From the human T2T-CHM13v2.0 reference genome, Homo sapiens: a stretch of 64,000 nucleotides of DNA. The stretch is from the NCBI RefSeq assembly GCF_009914755.1, contig NC_060928.1; one strand, written 5' to 3'. Position 1 is the stretch's first letter. Every line of letters begins with the position of its first letter. The translations under genes and the position numbers were made by a program. This document shows positions 43,461-58,420 of the stretch, piece after piece. Below the pieces are notes generated by a model that was not told the DNA's origin, made no database searches, and saw only the letters and a program-made list of their open reading frames with translations.

Positions 43461-45275
43461 TATTATTTCATATATCTATTGTCTTATAAATTTTAAATAT
43501 ACTGCTCATTTTCCTATCCATGTGTTTTTTCTTATTGAATTGCAAGGCCACATCTTGCCAAGGTTTCCTTTCATTTTTTTAACTTGCCTTTTCTTCTTTT
43601 TAAATGAAGATTTTGTTTTAGTTTCACAGTTAGGAGCTTTTAAAAGTCATCAGATTTATCGCACTGTGCCTTTATATTTCCTTCATTTGCCCTTATGGAT
43701 AGAAAACTCCTTCACTACCATAGAGCCAAAAAACAAACAAACAAAAAGGCATGTATTTTATTATGGTTATTTTTGGTTTTGTTTTTTCCATTTAGCACCT
43801 GAATTTATGTTGGTATATGGTGTGAGGTTTGATGGCCTAAGTGTGTTTAGTGAATGCCTCAGAGTTAATTCTTCAGACAGATGGCTGGTAAGCCAGGCAC
43901 TGCCATCTGAAGTGACCCTGATGGGGACAGGGACCAGAGCAGGCCAGGGAGCAGGGTATGCACTGCAGCTGATCTCTCGGGTTTTGGAGACTTGATCCTA
44001 CACCCTTGCTTTTAGGTGTGAACTTGCATTGCTGGGACAGTAGACCTTAGTCCTTTCTGTGGGGAACTGATTGCATTCCAGGCCTTCTGCCCTGGAAGGG
44101 GTCTGCCCTATCACCAACATCCTCACCCCTACATGATTCAGCAGGCTCTTCACTCTTGACTCACAGTGGTAAAACTCCACCCCTTTTTACTCATAACCTC
44201 TGCCTGGGCTCACTCCCTTGATCTGAATTAATCTACTCTCATAAAGCTACTTCTTTTTTTCTTCAGAGGAATAACTGAAGTCCTCATCCATCCCCCGTGG
44301 CTTTCTACTTGATCAGTGTCCCCCTATCAACTTTCTGACCCACTGTCATCCGCAGCCCCCACCTCTCTAGCTGCATACCACTTGGGTTTCTCAGAAAAGC
44401 TCAAAGGACGAGGCTTCACCCTTTATGCTACTGAATTCCATTTATCTCCTTATTACTCACCGTCCACACCTATGATCATTGACTGATTTAAAATCTCCCC
44501 ACCTCCCCCAGTCACTTTTCATACCAGACATAAACACCAGTGCGTAATAGCTGCCTACCCAGCCCAGTTAGAAGCTCCCAATTCCTCAGAGTGGCCTGAG
44601 GCAGAATAGTGTCCCTAAGGTCATCTCAGCTTCTAGATCCCAAGTCTGATTCTCTTTCCTTGCCTTCTCACTCATCTGCTAAGCTTGTTTATTGGGCAAC
44701 ACTAAGCAAAGTTAATGATTATTCCAGTCTTTAACTAGGACGTGAGAAGCTCTCTCCCCATCTTCACCCATTTCTGTGAAGCTTTCAGGGACTATGGGCC
44801 TCGCACTGATAGCACCTCCCCAGGCTGGGCTGGCCCAGACAGTCGAAGAGTAGGACCAGCCACTTCTCAGCCCAGCTGACATTTGGCAGCTTTGTGATTT
44901 TGGATAAGACATCTTCTCTTGGGAGGTCAGACAAGATCAACTCTTCCAGCTATGACATTGCGTGAGGCAATGAAGAGGGGAAAGTCCATGAATGGAAGGT
45001 GGAACTTGATTGGATCTGTTTTGTGGGTTCAGGAGAGGTCCTATCACAACTCACTGGAGGTAGGCAAGGTAGGTGAAGACTTCCATGGAAACTTCTGGCT
45101 CTGGGGTGCCTGCTTCACTGATGATTGAGTGGGCATCCTAAAGGGTACACCTCTGTCAAAGTAATTCAAAGTCCTGCTCATCATTCAGACTTGGCTTGTC
45201 AGGAATCAGGTACACTTGGATAACCTAGCCTTAATTCCATTCAATTTCCTTTTATCTCTTAGAAAAATATGATTA

Positions 45276-45590
45276 CAGTTGTTCCTCAGTATCCAAGAGG
45301 GATTGGTTTCAGGACTCCCTGCAGATACCAAAATCTACAGATGCTCAAGTTCCTTATAAAAAAAAATGGTGTAGTGTTTTATATAATCTAGACACATCTT
45401 CCCATATACTTTAAATCATCTCCAGATTCCTTACAATACCTAATACAATGTAAATGCTTTATAAATAGGTGTTATACTATATTGTTTTTATTTGTATTAT
45501 GTTTCATTGTTGTATTGTTGGCTTTTTAAAAATATTTTGGATGCACTGTTGGTTGAATTACCAAATGTAGAGTCCACGGAGGGCTGACTG
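45276..45590 (+). mobile_element. MER2 DNA transposon
   Basis: ta|cagttgttcctcagtatcc ... gagggctgactg terminal inverted repeats. Confidence 0.8.
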
Positions 45591-47123
45591 CATTTTTAGG
45601 CTTATAATGCCAACATTTCTTTGACAAGTTCACTCTGTGTTATATTAATTTAGCTTTCATCTGCACAATCATTAGTACCATATTCAATTTATAATTCATA
45701 AATAATAAAGCATATTAACAAATGCATATGCTGTCTCTATGGAAAAGTAATTACCTAAAAATGTTATAAATAATCTGTTTTGATTTTACCCTGCAGAAAG
45801 CCTTCTTAAGAAACAATATATTCAATGAAACTACAGTCACAGTTACAGAAGTCAAACGAGCACACTGGGTCTGTGATATTTCTACAACAGGCTTTTTCAA
45901 CACCTGTTAATCAGTCAATCAGAGGAAACCTCAGGGGCTGAAGATACGCCAGCTTGGTGGAAATTCCTTCCCAAAATAGCAATAGCTGAGCAAATTGCTA
46001 GGCTGACAGAAGTAGAGTATGCACAGTTCTTGGGATTTTGTGTGAGACAGCAACTGTCTTCGACGGTTGGCATTTTATCAAAGTTTAAATTCTTTGGTCC
46101 AACAGCTGATTTCCTCCTTTGTCATATTCTTTCCTATTTGCTTCCCCAGGCAGTGACAGCCATGTCCTTCCACATTAGACTTCTTGGGTAAGCAGCTTCT
46201 GAAATTGTTCTACAGCTGTTAGTAGCTGTCTGGCAGAGACCACTCCATTTGCAAGGTTGCTGAATATCGCTAAGTATCTCCATGAGGCATATAAAATGCA
46301 AACTTTAAGAGAAACAAAATATTGTTCATTTTGATTTAGGTCAAATAAATGTCAAAGCCTTTCTAAATAACTAATTATCTTGGTAGATTTGCCTTTTCTT
46401 TCTAGTAGAGGAAAAAAAAATCACCCTATACAGTTTATTGATGTCTTCATACGTAGTAAAATGTCAAAAGCAACTCAGTTTAAAGCATTAAAACTTCCAG
46501 CCATGCAAAGAGTCTTAACTTTTTTTAAGTTATATTCGGACTTCAAAGACTATTGATTTTCTTCCTGTTTCCCTTAGCATAATATAATCGGCATTTTTCC
46601 TTTAATATAAACACATCAGAAAAATCATATTTTATGGCTACTTTAAAATTCCATGAGTTTAAGCCATTCCATAACATGCACATTTAGATTGCTTCGATTT
46701 TTTCTTCTATAAATAATACAGAATTAAATGTGTTTTTATGTAAAGTGTTTACTGTAGTTAGGATTCTGTCCTTGGAACAGATCAGAGAGAGAGTGGATCA
46801 AAGGTTATGACATTTTAAAAGTAGCCAGATGAAGGTGAATGTTCATACAGTATATGCAGAATATGGTTCGCTTGTATATGGGTCTGATTTGCAAATCAGC
46901 TCACAAGAGCTGATCCACAGTAGAGGAAATCTGGTTTAAGATTTTTAAAGTCAGTAAAGTTTTTTTTTATTCTCCAAATAGAAACATACTGCATTCAAAA
47001 TTTCTTTAATTGATTATTCTCTATTTTATACCCAAAGACTTAAAAAAATTTTACTCTCTAGTGGATTAAACAATTAAGAAAGGTTTTTTTAAGATTAAAT
47101 GGACTTCAGGCTCATGACCGGAA

Positions 47124-47270
47124 TTTTTTTTTTTTTTTTTTTTTTTCCTTTTTGAGAAATGGAGTCTTATTATGTTACCCAGGCTGGCCTCAAAGTCCTG
47201 GGCTCAAGGGATCCTCCTGCCTCATTCTCCCGCATAGCTGGGACTACAGACAGGTACCACTGAGCACAGC
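47124..47270 (-). mobile_element. Alu monomer
   Basis: Poly(T) plus a single reverse Alu arm. Confidence 0.8.
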
Positions 47271-48218
47271 AATTTGATGATAAATATAATGCAAATACAT
47301 ACAAATTTCAAACACAAAAAGAAAAAAATGAAAGTTTCCTTTAATCTTACCTTCCGGATATAATAACTAGTATACGATGTGTTTGTTTCACTTAATGCTA
47401 TATTTGGGATAGCTTATTTCTGTATCACCTCTTGTTTTAGTACCTTAGAAAACACATTTAAAAATCATAATTATTGATAGGGAAAAGTATAAAGAGTAAG
47501 AAACAGTAACAGTCAAGATAATCTCTGATGCCATTTTTTTTCTCTGATGCCATTTTTAAAATAACAATACAGCATGTATGTTGGAGTCAACATACAACCC
47601 TATTTGCATCCTAGTCAGAATGCATTTTCTCACCAAAATTAACCTATCATCTTCGAGGAAAACTTCAAAATGTTTTATTCATATGTCAGGAAAGAGAGAG
47701 AAATTATAAAAATAGATATAAGTATACATACAAATATGATGATGCTCTAACACACTCTCATGTATACTCTTTTTATCCTAAATCTATCTTGAATATATTT
47801 CTATGACTACATACATATTTATCCATTCCACTATGATTTTTTTTCCAATTCATGTGAGCCAAAAGAACTTCAATTTGCTGAATGAAGTGAAATAGGAATC
47901 CAGTTTTTTAATAATGAGGGGGAAGTCAGTGGAACTGAACAAGGCCAAGAAATAAATCAAAACGTATGTAGTTATTTAATATATGCTGCCAATTCAAAAT
48001 AATGTTCTTTCCATACAAGAATAAAATATGTCATTTTATTCATCCATTCCTCCATTCCTTGTATCGCCATAAGAAATCTGTTAGTACTCCAGTAGCAATG
48101 AAGGGCTACTCCTCTGCCCTTAGCGTTCCTTTTCACACAATCTTCCTAGATATTTTGCCATGCTAATTTGTCTAGGTAAATTTTGTGTCAGTTTTTCTAA
48201 GTCCAGCAAAAAATGCTA

Positions 48219-48532
48219 CTTTATTTTTTATTTTTGTTTTTATTTTTTAGAAAGAAGACTTTGCTCTGCCACCCAGAATGGAGTGTGCAGTGGCACAATC
48301 ATGGCTCACTGCAGCCTGAAACTCTTGGGCTCAAGCGATCCTCCCGCCTCAGCCTCCCAAGTGGCTGAGACTACAGGAACACACCACCACACCTGGCTAA
48401 ATTTTTTAATTTTTCTAGAGACAAGGTCTCACTATATTGCCCAGGCTGATCTTGAACTCCTGGCCTCAAGCAATTCTCCTTCCTCAGCCTCCTAAAGTGT
48501 TGGGATTACAAGTGTGAACCGCTGTACCTGGC
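48219..48532 (-). mobile_element. AluJ
   Basis: Reverse dimer; TSD aaaaatgcta. Confidence 0.88.
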
Positions 48533-50329
48533 AAAAATGCTATTTTAATTGAGATTATATGACAGTTGTAGATTATTTTGATAAAGAACTGATTACATTA
48601 CAAAATCAATTCTTCCTATATAAGAACGGGATATAGCATTCCATTTATTTCGTTATTTCATTCCTTTCTCTTCTTTAGTATACATTAAAACCTGCATATT
48701 AGTTGTTAGTATTCCTTGGTGTTTTATCTCATTACTATATATTGCATCATATGTGTGTATGGATAAATGTGTGTATGTATACACAGTCACACATGCACCT
48801 ATACCTTAAAATATAATGTTAAAGTAGAACCATTCTCTTCACTTCTCACAAAAGTTTTTTTTTTCCATTGGGACTAGACATTGAATTTTGTCTGAAGACT
48901 CACTAACAATATATGGAGCTGACCATATGGCTTTTTTCTTTTGAGTTTCTTTTGAAGAATTAAATACTAGAAGTTTGGATGTTAAGCCAACTTTTATGAC
49001 TTGGCTAAAACCCAATTGTCCAAAGTGTATTATTCTTTTAATACATTGTTGGCTTTTATTTATTACTATTTTTTTCAAATTTTATTTTACTATTCAAAAC
49101 ACCAATGTGCACTCGTCTGTCTTCATTCAATTTTATATTACTGAATAATGACATAATGATAAAAGGATAATATAATGATATAATGATGTTATTCTGTCTT
49201 TGTAAATTCCAAGACTTATTTTATTTGCTTAAATTCAATAAAATCTGCTTTTGAAATTAATTTTACTGGCTTTTTCACCCTAAATAATACTTGTCTCTAC
49301 ATTTGGACCCTTGTAAGGCAGATAGAAAATGAGATTATTTCTAAGGATCATAATAGCTAACTGTACCCCAATACTCGTATACAGACATAGATTTTGTTTC
49401 CAGACTATCTCAATTCTACTTCTATTACCTATCATCATAAGATTATGTTTCTCTCTTCATTTTTGTGCATATGCACAAGTTAGCAAACATCCCAAGTAGC
49501 AGAAACATGTGACCAAAAGATCACCCACAGGCTCAGGCTACATTTATGCAGATTTAATCACAGTTCATAAAATCGAGCTCATGAGGGACAAATCTGGAGT
49601 TCCCTGCTACGTACAGATAGATATACCAGTTTAATCAGACAAGTCTTTGGGGCCATACCTGATTCTGTGACATGTACACAAGCCAGATACAAAGTATGAG
49701 GAAGAAGTAGAAAGACTGGTCGTGGCTTGAAAGACACTTGTTCCCAGGATCCCCAGATGGACCATTGGGACAATTCTGCAAGTGTTTCATGCCTCCAATT
49801 TTAGTGTGTTCCTTGATCAGCCTTCTCAATTACCATTTTCTCACATGCTCCGTGATCCTTGTTTCCTGGTGGTTGACGCTGGGAATGAAGAGAGGAATAA
49901 AAGTGAAAAGGGAGTAAGTAGACTTGTTTCTTGAAACTTAGGATTTTCAAACTTCCTGGATCGTAAGAAAAAGAAAACGTCCAAGGGGGATGAATGAGCA
50001 AGTCTGCTGCATTCCTTTGCACACCCCTTTCATCAAGGAAACTTTGAATACCTTTACTTTTTCTATTGGCTGCCCAAGAGTTTGTATCTCCTAAAACAAA
50101 GTTTGTAAACCAGTATCCTCGATTGACCTGAACCTGGGAGGCAGACTGATAGATAATCTCAAAACAGAGTGATCTACAGCCTGGAAATTCTGGTGAAGAA
50201 GAAAAATCAGTGTATGAGAGAGCTAGAGGAAGAAAGTTTACAGTCAAATAACATGTTTGAACGTGCAGTTGTGAAAACAGAGCATGCCCCAATGTGGCTA
50301 TAGGACTGATGGGTTAAAGGGAATAGAGG

Positions 50330-51110
<781 letters not shown>

Positions 51111-52215
51111 TTATATCTGATTTTGGAGGTGGAGGAGGTCTGTTTGTGTGATCTGTAAGAGGAACAGAGATGAAGATTCATAGAGAAAAGCAGGTCCAAA
51201 ACCAATATGCCAACATATAGAATAGACAAATGGGTGCTGAGTCACCCAGAATAATGGCAGGGTGTGGAGTGAAGAAGAGAACCAAGAGCCCAACTAGATC
51301 CAAAGTCTTAATTTTAAAAAGTGGGATGGAGGATGGTTGATGCAAATATAAGTGCTTCAAAAGAGCAGGAATTTCTATAAGAAGAAGTAATCATTTGAAA
51401 GCTGAACTGGAGCCCCATGAAGGAGCCACAGACTCCCTTTCCCAACCTTCGTGCACACAGAAATGGGCTCTGGTGGAAAATATGAAAGTGCATGAGAAAT
51501 GATATTACTGTCCACACACTAATCTCATCCTTAATATCAACTGGACCTTGCTATACTAACTTAAGAGTGTTGATCAAACTTTCTAAATTTTTTTGATGCC
51601 AATTTTCTAAGGAAAAGAACTTCTTATAAGATTTTTAAAACAAGCTTGGTTTGCTGCACTATTTGCAATACACACACAAAAAGGTCACATTTCTGTGTCC
51701 TTTTGAGTAAAGTCATATCCATCTTTGAAGCCTCTCTCAGGACCACAAGCTGTTTTTTTTTCTTTTTTCTTCTTATGGCTTCATCACTTCACTGGTGTTA
51801 TACCAGGATTTAGGAACCAAGCAATCCAAAGAAATGTGGGAGAGGCCTCGTCTGGCCAGTAGTCCAACATGATTGCCTCTGGAATTCACCATGAGACTCA
51901 CAGTTCACCAGAAGGCAGAGGCAAAAATCAGAGTTGCCAATTAAAATTATTTCTAAAGATGGGTTCACTGCTTCCTATTCCCAAGCCTTTCTGAGACTCC
52001 ATGGGGTGAATCACTTGCTTCTTTTCTGTATCTCCTCCTGCAGGCATTTAAGCTTTGTAATTTAGTTACATGCATACTTATATTTATCTCTTTCCAACAA
52101 TTTTGTTCATTTCTGATATCTTCTATTGTCTTCCCTCCCAATTTCTGCCCTTTTCAGTTTTTACTATTATCTTGTGGTTTTAGGAAAAAGCAGATATAAA
52201 TATGTGTTTAAGCAA

Positions 52216-52928
<713 letters not shown>

Positions 52929-54044
52929 GTAAGTATAAATTTTAAAATCACTTCTTAATTAATATAATAGATGAAATGACCCACAGAAGTATCCACTCAC
53001 AGAAAGGACCATTTCTAAAGGACCAGTTTGGCCTATAAAGAAAATACAATAGCAGACCTTCACAAATTTTCTAACATCAGAAAAGAAAAAATATTTAGAT
53101 ATTAAACTGAATCAAATGTGATGGTCTTACCCAGACAAAGGAAGACTCAGCACCCCATTTCCAAGTTAACTGGGAGCTTTTGTGTTGCTCTTTTTGCCCC
53201 CCTTATATTTGATTCTGCTACCTGACCTTTAAACAGAAAAGCTTTCTCTTCTTGCTATCTATGTTTGTTATTTAAAAGATCAAAATATTAAACTCTTGCT
53301 ATATCTATTTGTCATTTGAAAGATCAAAATATTAAATGATTGTGAAACATTTTTTGCAACTGTAAGAGGGTTGATACTTTTCCTGAATATTATTCATTCA
53401 ACATTCATTTATTTCTTTGACAAATATTTAAGAGATGCTCATGATGTCCTAGGCATTGAGCTAAGAACTCAATGTTGCAATGTGGATAAGATCCAGTCCC
53501 TGTGTGTTCATACTTATTTAATACTATTATAGACAAGGCCTTTAATACATACCATAGTCATATATCAATTTTTAATTAGCAATATGAAATAAGAGAACAA
53601 TGGGACTTTCCACTCAATTTGACAGGTGGCTAAATTTTCAGTTACTGAATTTACTATTTTAGGGTAATCTAGCACATGACCAAAATTTAAATGCACAGAA
53701 CAGAAGATCAGAGTAAGAAGAGCTTCCATTTGGATTATCACTTTTTCTACTTGGAGTCACATACTGTACTTTAAATTGATTAAGAACATGTTAAAGGTCC
53801 AGGTGGTGATTTCCAGCTACAAGTCCAAAGTATAGAAGAATGTGTTTAAATCCTACGTTTATCAGATCCATAAATATAGTTCCTTCTATGTTAAGTGGCT
53901 TTATTTCTAAGAACCCAGCCCTCGGTCCTGGGGGTGCTTCCCAGCCCGCTGCTGGAATTCCTGATCGTGGCAGTCTGCTGAAACATGAGCTCAGTTACCA
54001 AATATAGCTGAGTGGAGTAAGAGGACAGATGAGAGTCTGAGGCC

Positions 54045-54187
54045 ACAGTTGCCTCAAAGTGACCACGGACCAGGCAGTCTCTAATGAATAGGCAAGGCCA
54101 CAACCTCCATTCTCCCAGAAAAGAAGAAATGCTCATCTGAAATTCATCACCTCTCTGGAGTCTTCAAACTGACCAAGCATTGAAAAG
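54045..54187 (+). other. PALLD: PALLD exon 1 (non-coding first exon of the long isoform); start approximate; rest of window is intron 1
   Basis: Recognised from memory as the PALLD mRNA 5' end (...caaagtgaccacggaccaggcagtctc...gaccaagcattgaaaag). Donor AAG|gtctgt. Known DDX60L-PALLD adjacency. No coding sequence in the window to confirm. Confidence 0.72.
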
Positions 54188-56173
54188 GTCTGTAAGGTGT
54201 ATCTTAATATACTAACTAGTAGGGCAACATTTTAAGGACTTAAAAAAAAAAAAACTAAAAATACAAAAGTTTTTCTGAAGATATGATACTATTTACAAGA
54301 TACCTTAATTATTCTTTTGCTTGGAGAGGAAACGTAATGAGAATGTTACGGTTTTGCCAAAAACAGATAATACGTAAGATTTGCCTGCCCACTTCATCTC
54401 TGCCTTTGCTGTCAGAGAATTACACTTTCTGTTATAAGCTTAAGCATGCTAAGATGGTGCTATCAATTCCAAAAGGATTAAATGTATTTATGGAGCCAGC
54501 TTTTGTCAAGATCGTGTATGTGTTATGTTTCACAGAAAAGGAAAACGCAGCTTTCTAGACCCTCACCCATATTTAAGCTAGATAAGTGATGATGGCTTAA
54601 AGTGATAGACCTTAGATTTCAGTAACATTATAAATTGTTAATTACACTTTCAAAAGATTCTAAAAGTAACTCACTGGACATAATTAAATGAGTTGGGATA
54701 GTAACAGCAGGTATTTTAAATTATATTCATGCATAAAATTTACATACATATTTTTAATAAGATAACGCTTACTAAGGGAAACCACAGTGCAATCTCGAGT
54801 CCAGTCAAGTTTAAACATCACAGAATAATTTTTATCATGTTGTTTTAAGTTGCACATGAAATTGTCTTGAATCCAATATAGGAGGTTGACATAAAATGAT
54901 TTCAGGCTCATATTACTTATTAACATTTGCTAAAAATACTAATTGCCTTCTAGTATGAATAATGTGGTGACATATAAAGCCATTTCTTGGCAATATAAAA
55001 CTATTACAAATCTATTCAATCACATATATGCAGAAATTAAATCCTCATTTCATGATAAATGTGCCTTCCAATGTTTTTTCTCACAGAAAGAACTTGAATA
55101 CTCACCTCAATTATTCAGATTTTTTTTTCAGATTTTTAAAATCAAAGTCTCTTTGACAAGTTATTGCTAACAGCAGAAAAGGCCGATGAGGTTTATCTGG
55201 CCACTAACTGCCCTGTAAATACATGATTACACATTCCTAGAATATAAATTAGTCCTCTGGCATCCTAGAATCTGGTATGGATTAGGGTCTGTATCCCAGG
55301 GGTTCTGTGTCAGCTCTTCCTCTGGGTTTCTCTGTTATTGCTAGAGCTGAATATTAAAACTGGCCTTATAGCATATTTCACAATAGAATGAGGATCTGGA
55401 TTGCACTGGACAAGTACAATCACTTTGACCTCCTTACCTCATTTTTTAAAAATGTAGAGGGCAATCATTATTCAGGTTTAAAAATAAATATGACAAGTTC
55501 TTTAAGAGATACCAAGTGGAATCTGCAAGGCCCAGACAAGAGCTCCACTTCTTAAACAATATGTGTGTGGAGGCTGTCAAAGGGTATTGCAATTACTGAG
55601 CTCCAGTTAGAAATTCAGGCCATCTAGAGTTAATGACTGTGTCCCGGTGAAATTACAGCAAAGAAAACAAAGATTGAACAAAGTATCTTCGACTAAAATT
55701 TCTAACTGTTAAATCATATTAGAGAATATAGAAGCAAATTTGGTAAATAGGTTTTGAATTTAAGTGAGAAGAATAAAGCCCTGAATTGGATAATGGTAAT
55801 GGAAATGGATAATTCAGAAGTAAAATCTAAATATTTGCAATGGACTCAGTATGGTGAATAAAGTTGATAAGATGAACAGGACATGGGATAACTTCAAAAA
55901 CTCTGTAAAGTATCTTATTTGGCTGTTTCTGCATTAAATGAGCTATTAGATTATGTCCTTGAAATTGAGATTAAATAAGCTGTTTAAAGAGATATTTAAA
56001 ACTGTAGGATAAATATATCTGCCTGCATTGACAATTTAATAATTAGAAAGGAAAATAATCCATGTGTATTTATTAAGAAATAAATTATAAAATTGTAGTG
56101 CATTTTCTGCATCAAACATAAAATTTCATAAAATTTTCGTGTTTGACTTTTGCCCTAAAGGACCCTTTGTAGC

Positions 56174-56370
56174 AAAAAAAAAAAAAAAAAAAAAAAAAAG
56201 GAAGGAAGAAAGAAAGGGAGACGGGGAAGAAGGAAGGGAGAAGGGAGGGAGGAAGGGAGGGAGGATGGGAGGGAGGATGGGAGGGAGGATGGGAGGGAGG
56301 AAGGGAGGGAGACATGGAAGAAGGGGGAAGGGAGGCAGAAGGGAGGGAGGGGGGAGGGAGGAAGGGAGGG
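56174..56370. repeat. Poly(A) followed by a polypurine (GGGA/GGAA/GGAT) tract
   Basis: Direct reading. Confidence 0.9.
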
Positions 56371-57356
56371 ACTTTATTGATTTAGTCTAGGGGGGTTGCC
56401 TGTGATTCTGAAGCATGAAAATTAAGTGTTAAAGCTTTTCTAACTTTGGTTTTCATAGTTTAGGTTTTATTAAAAGATATTTCAATATCTAATATTTGTA
56501 TCAATGGTTTGCATTACTTTTTTAGTAATTGCTTAAATATGAAAATAAAACTGCTAAACCTAAAATTAAAAATCACTTATAACTTTTTTTCAAAAATTAC
56601 AAAATAAGCAACAAAAGATCCCCCTGCATGTCCCACCTTTCAACTCCTACCCCTGCCTAAATCCCCCCACAGAGGTCAGTGTTGATTGTTTGGTGTATGT
56701 TATTCCAACCATTTTCATATATTTATTCCTATCTATGTATACATTTTTAAATGACTATGGGAATTTAGCTATTCCACCTGGACTCTCTAAAGAATCTGCT
56801 GAATGTGGTACATGGTATTAAGTGATCCTTACTGCCTGTCAATGTTTTTCTAACATCAAACTTTTTCTTTCAAAATTGTAGCAGTTCTTCATCGACTCAA
56901 AGTATTTCACAAACAGACTTCAAAAGTTTTCCCCTTATCTAAATTTTTAAAGTAATTTCCTATAATATCTCCAATGAGAGAAGAAAACTTTGCAGTTAAA
57001 TGCAGGCTTCCACCCTGAGTCTGCCACTTTCTGATGGCTCAGGTTGGGCCAAATAATTGAAACTTTTTCTGCTGCAGTTGTGGGTAATACAAACAATAAA
57101 ATAGAAAAATAACATCTACTACATGGATTGTTCTGAGGATCAAACTGTTCACTTTTGAAAGCAGGTAACTTCCAAGCTGTTATGTAGGAACAACTTGCAT
57201 TGTCACTGAATTCTTTCTACTTACTAGACTCTGCTCTTTCTCATGTATATTCCTTGTCTTCCCCAAGTTCCTCCACGTCAAAGAAATCTGTTGTAATTTC
57301 AACAGTCAATAGTGCCTTGATTCATGGGGATCATGCCAGGGGGTGGTCCCATAAGT

Positions 57357-57668
57357 CTTGTTTGTTTGTTTTTTGAGTCAGGGTCTCACTCTTTTGCCCA
57401 AGCTGGAATGCAGTGACCTGATCATCGCTCACTGCAGCCTAGAACTCTTGGACTCAGACAATCCTCCCACCTCAGCCTCTGGAGTAGCTGGGGCTACAGG
57501 CACACACCATCACACTCAGCTAAGTTTTTGGGTTTTTTTTTGTATTTTTGTAGAGATGAAATCTAACTATGTTGCCCAGGCTGGTATTGAACTCCTGGGC
57601 TCAAGCGATCTTCCTGCCTCAGCCTCCAACAGTGCTGGGAGTACAGATGTGAGCCACCATGCCCAGCC
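57357..57668 (-). mobile_element. AluJ
   Basis: Reverse dimer. Confidence 0.88.
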
Positions 57669-58122
57669 CCCTATAAATATTTCTTAACTGACAACATAGA
57701 GGATTCTCCCAAATATCATAGAGCTGGCTTTCAGGTAATCTATCCCCAAAAGTCAGCAACTTTAAAGGCAAATGGTAGTCATAATTTTTAAATTTGTCTA
57801 TTTTTTCTATCATTTGTATATTCATATATGAATGTGAACCATATACATTTATGCCTATAGTACATATTCAGGATCTAAAAAATAAATGTTTTGCCAAATA
57901 TTAGGATAGTCATGCCAAGATAAGATTCACAAAATTACTTATGTCAAATGTGTAATATACATACCAATGAAAACTTATTTATATGTTCTATATTTTATAG
58001 TATACCATGAATCTAACAGAATTCAGATGACACTAACTTAGGGAGAAGTTGCGAACCATAAAATTACAATTAAAATTAATCTATAAATTAAGTGACATAA
58101 AATTCCTTAAGAAAGAATGAAA

Positions 58123-58420
58123 TAGCCAGGCCTGGTGGCTTGTGCCTGTAATCCCAGCAACTCAGGAGCCTGAGGCAGGAGGATTGCAGAGGCCAAGAGT
58201 TCAAGACAATACTGGGCAATGAAAGGAGACCCTATCTCTACAGAAAATAAAAAAGAATTAGCAGGACTTGGTGACATGCACCTGTAGTCCCAGCTACTTG
58301 GGAAGCTAAAGTAAAAGGATCCTTTGAGCCCACTAGATCAAGGTTGCAGTGAGCTATGATCACACCATCGCACTACTACAGCAGGGGCAAAATTGAAAAG
58401 AAAGGAAAAGAGAAGAAGAA
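58123..58420 (+). mobile_element. AluJ (diverged)
   Basis: Dimer; flanking aagaatga(a/g)ata. Confidence 0.85.

Noticed and set aside
43522-43995. 157-aa ORF
   Set aside because: Non-ATG start, Phe/Leu-rich AT-biased composition, no recognisable homology or splice context.
47522-47557. Tandem duplication tctctgatgccattttt x2
   Set aside because: Ordinary slippage duplication with no sign of function.
49801-50292. 163-aa minus-strand ORF
   Set aside because: Non-ATG start, no recognisable domain; length is compatible with chance.
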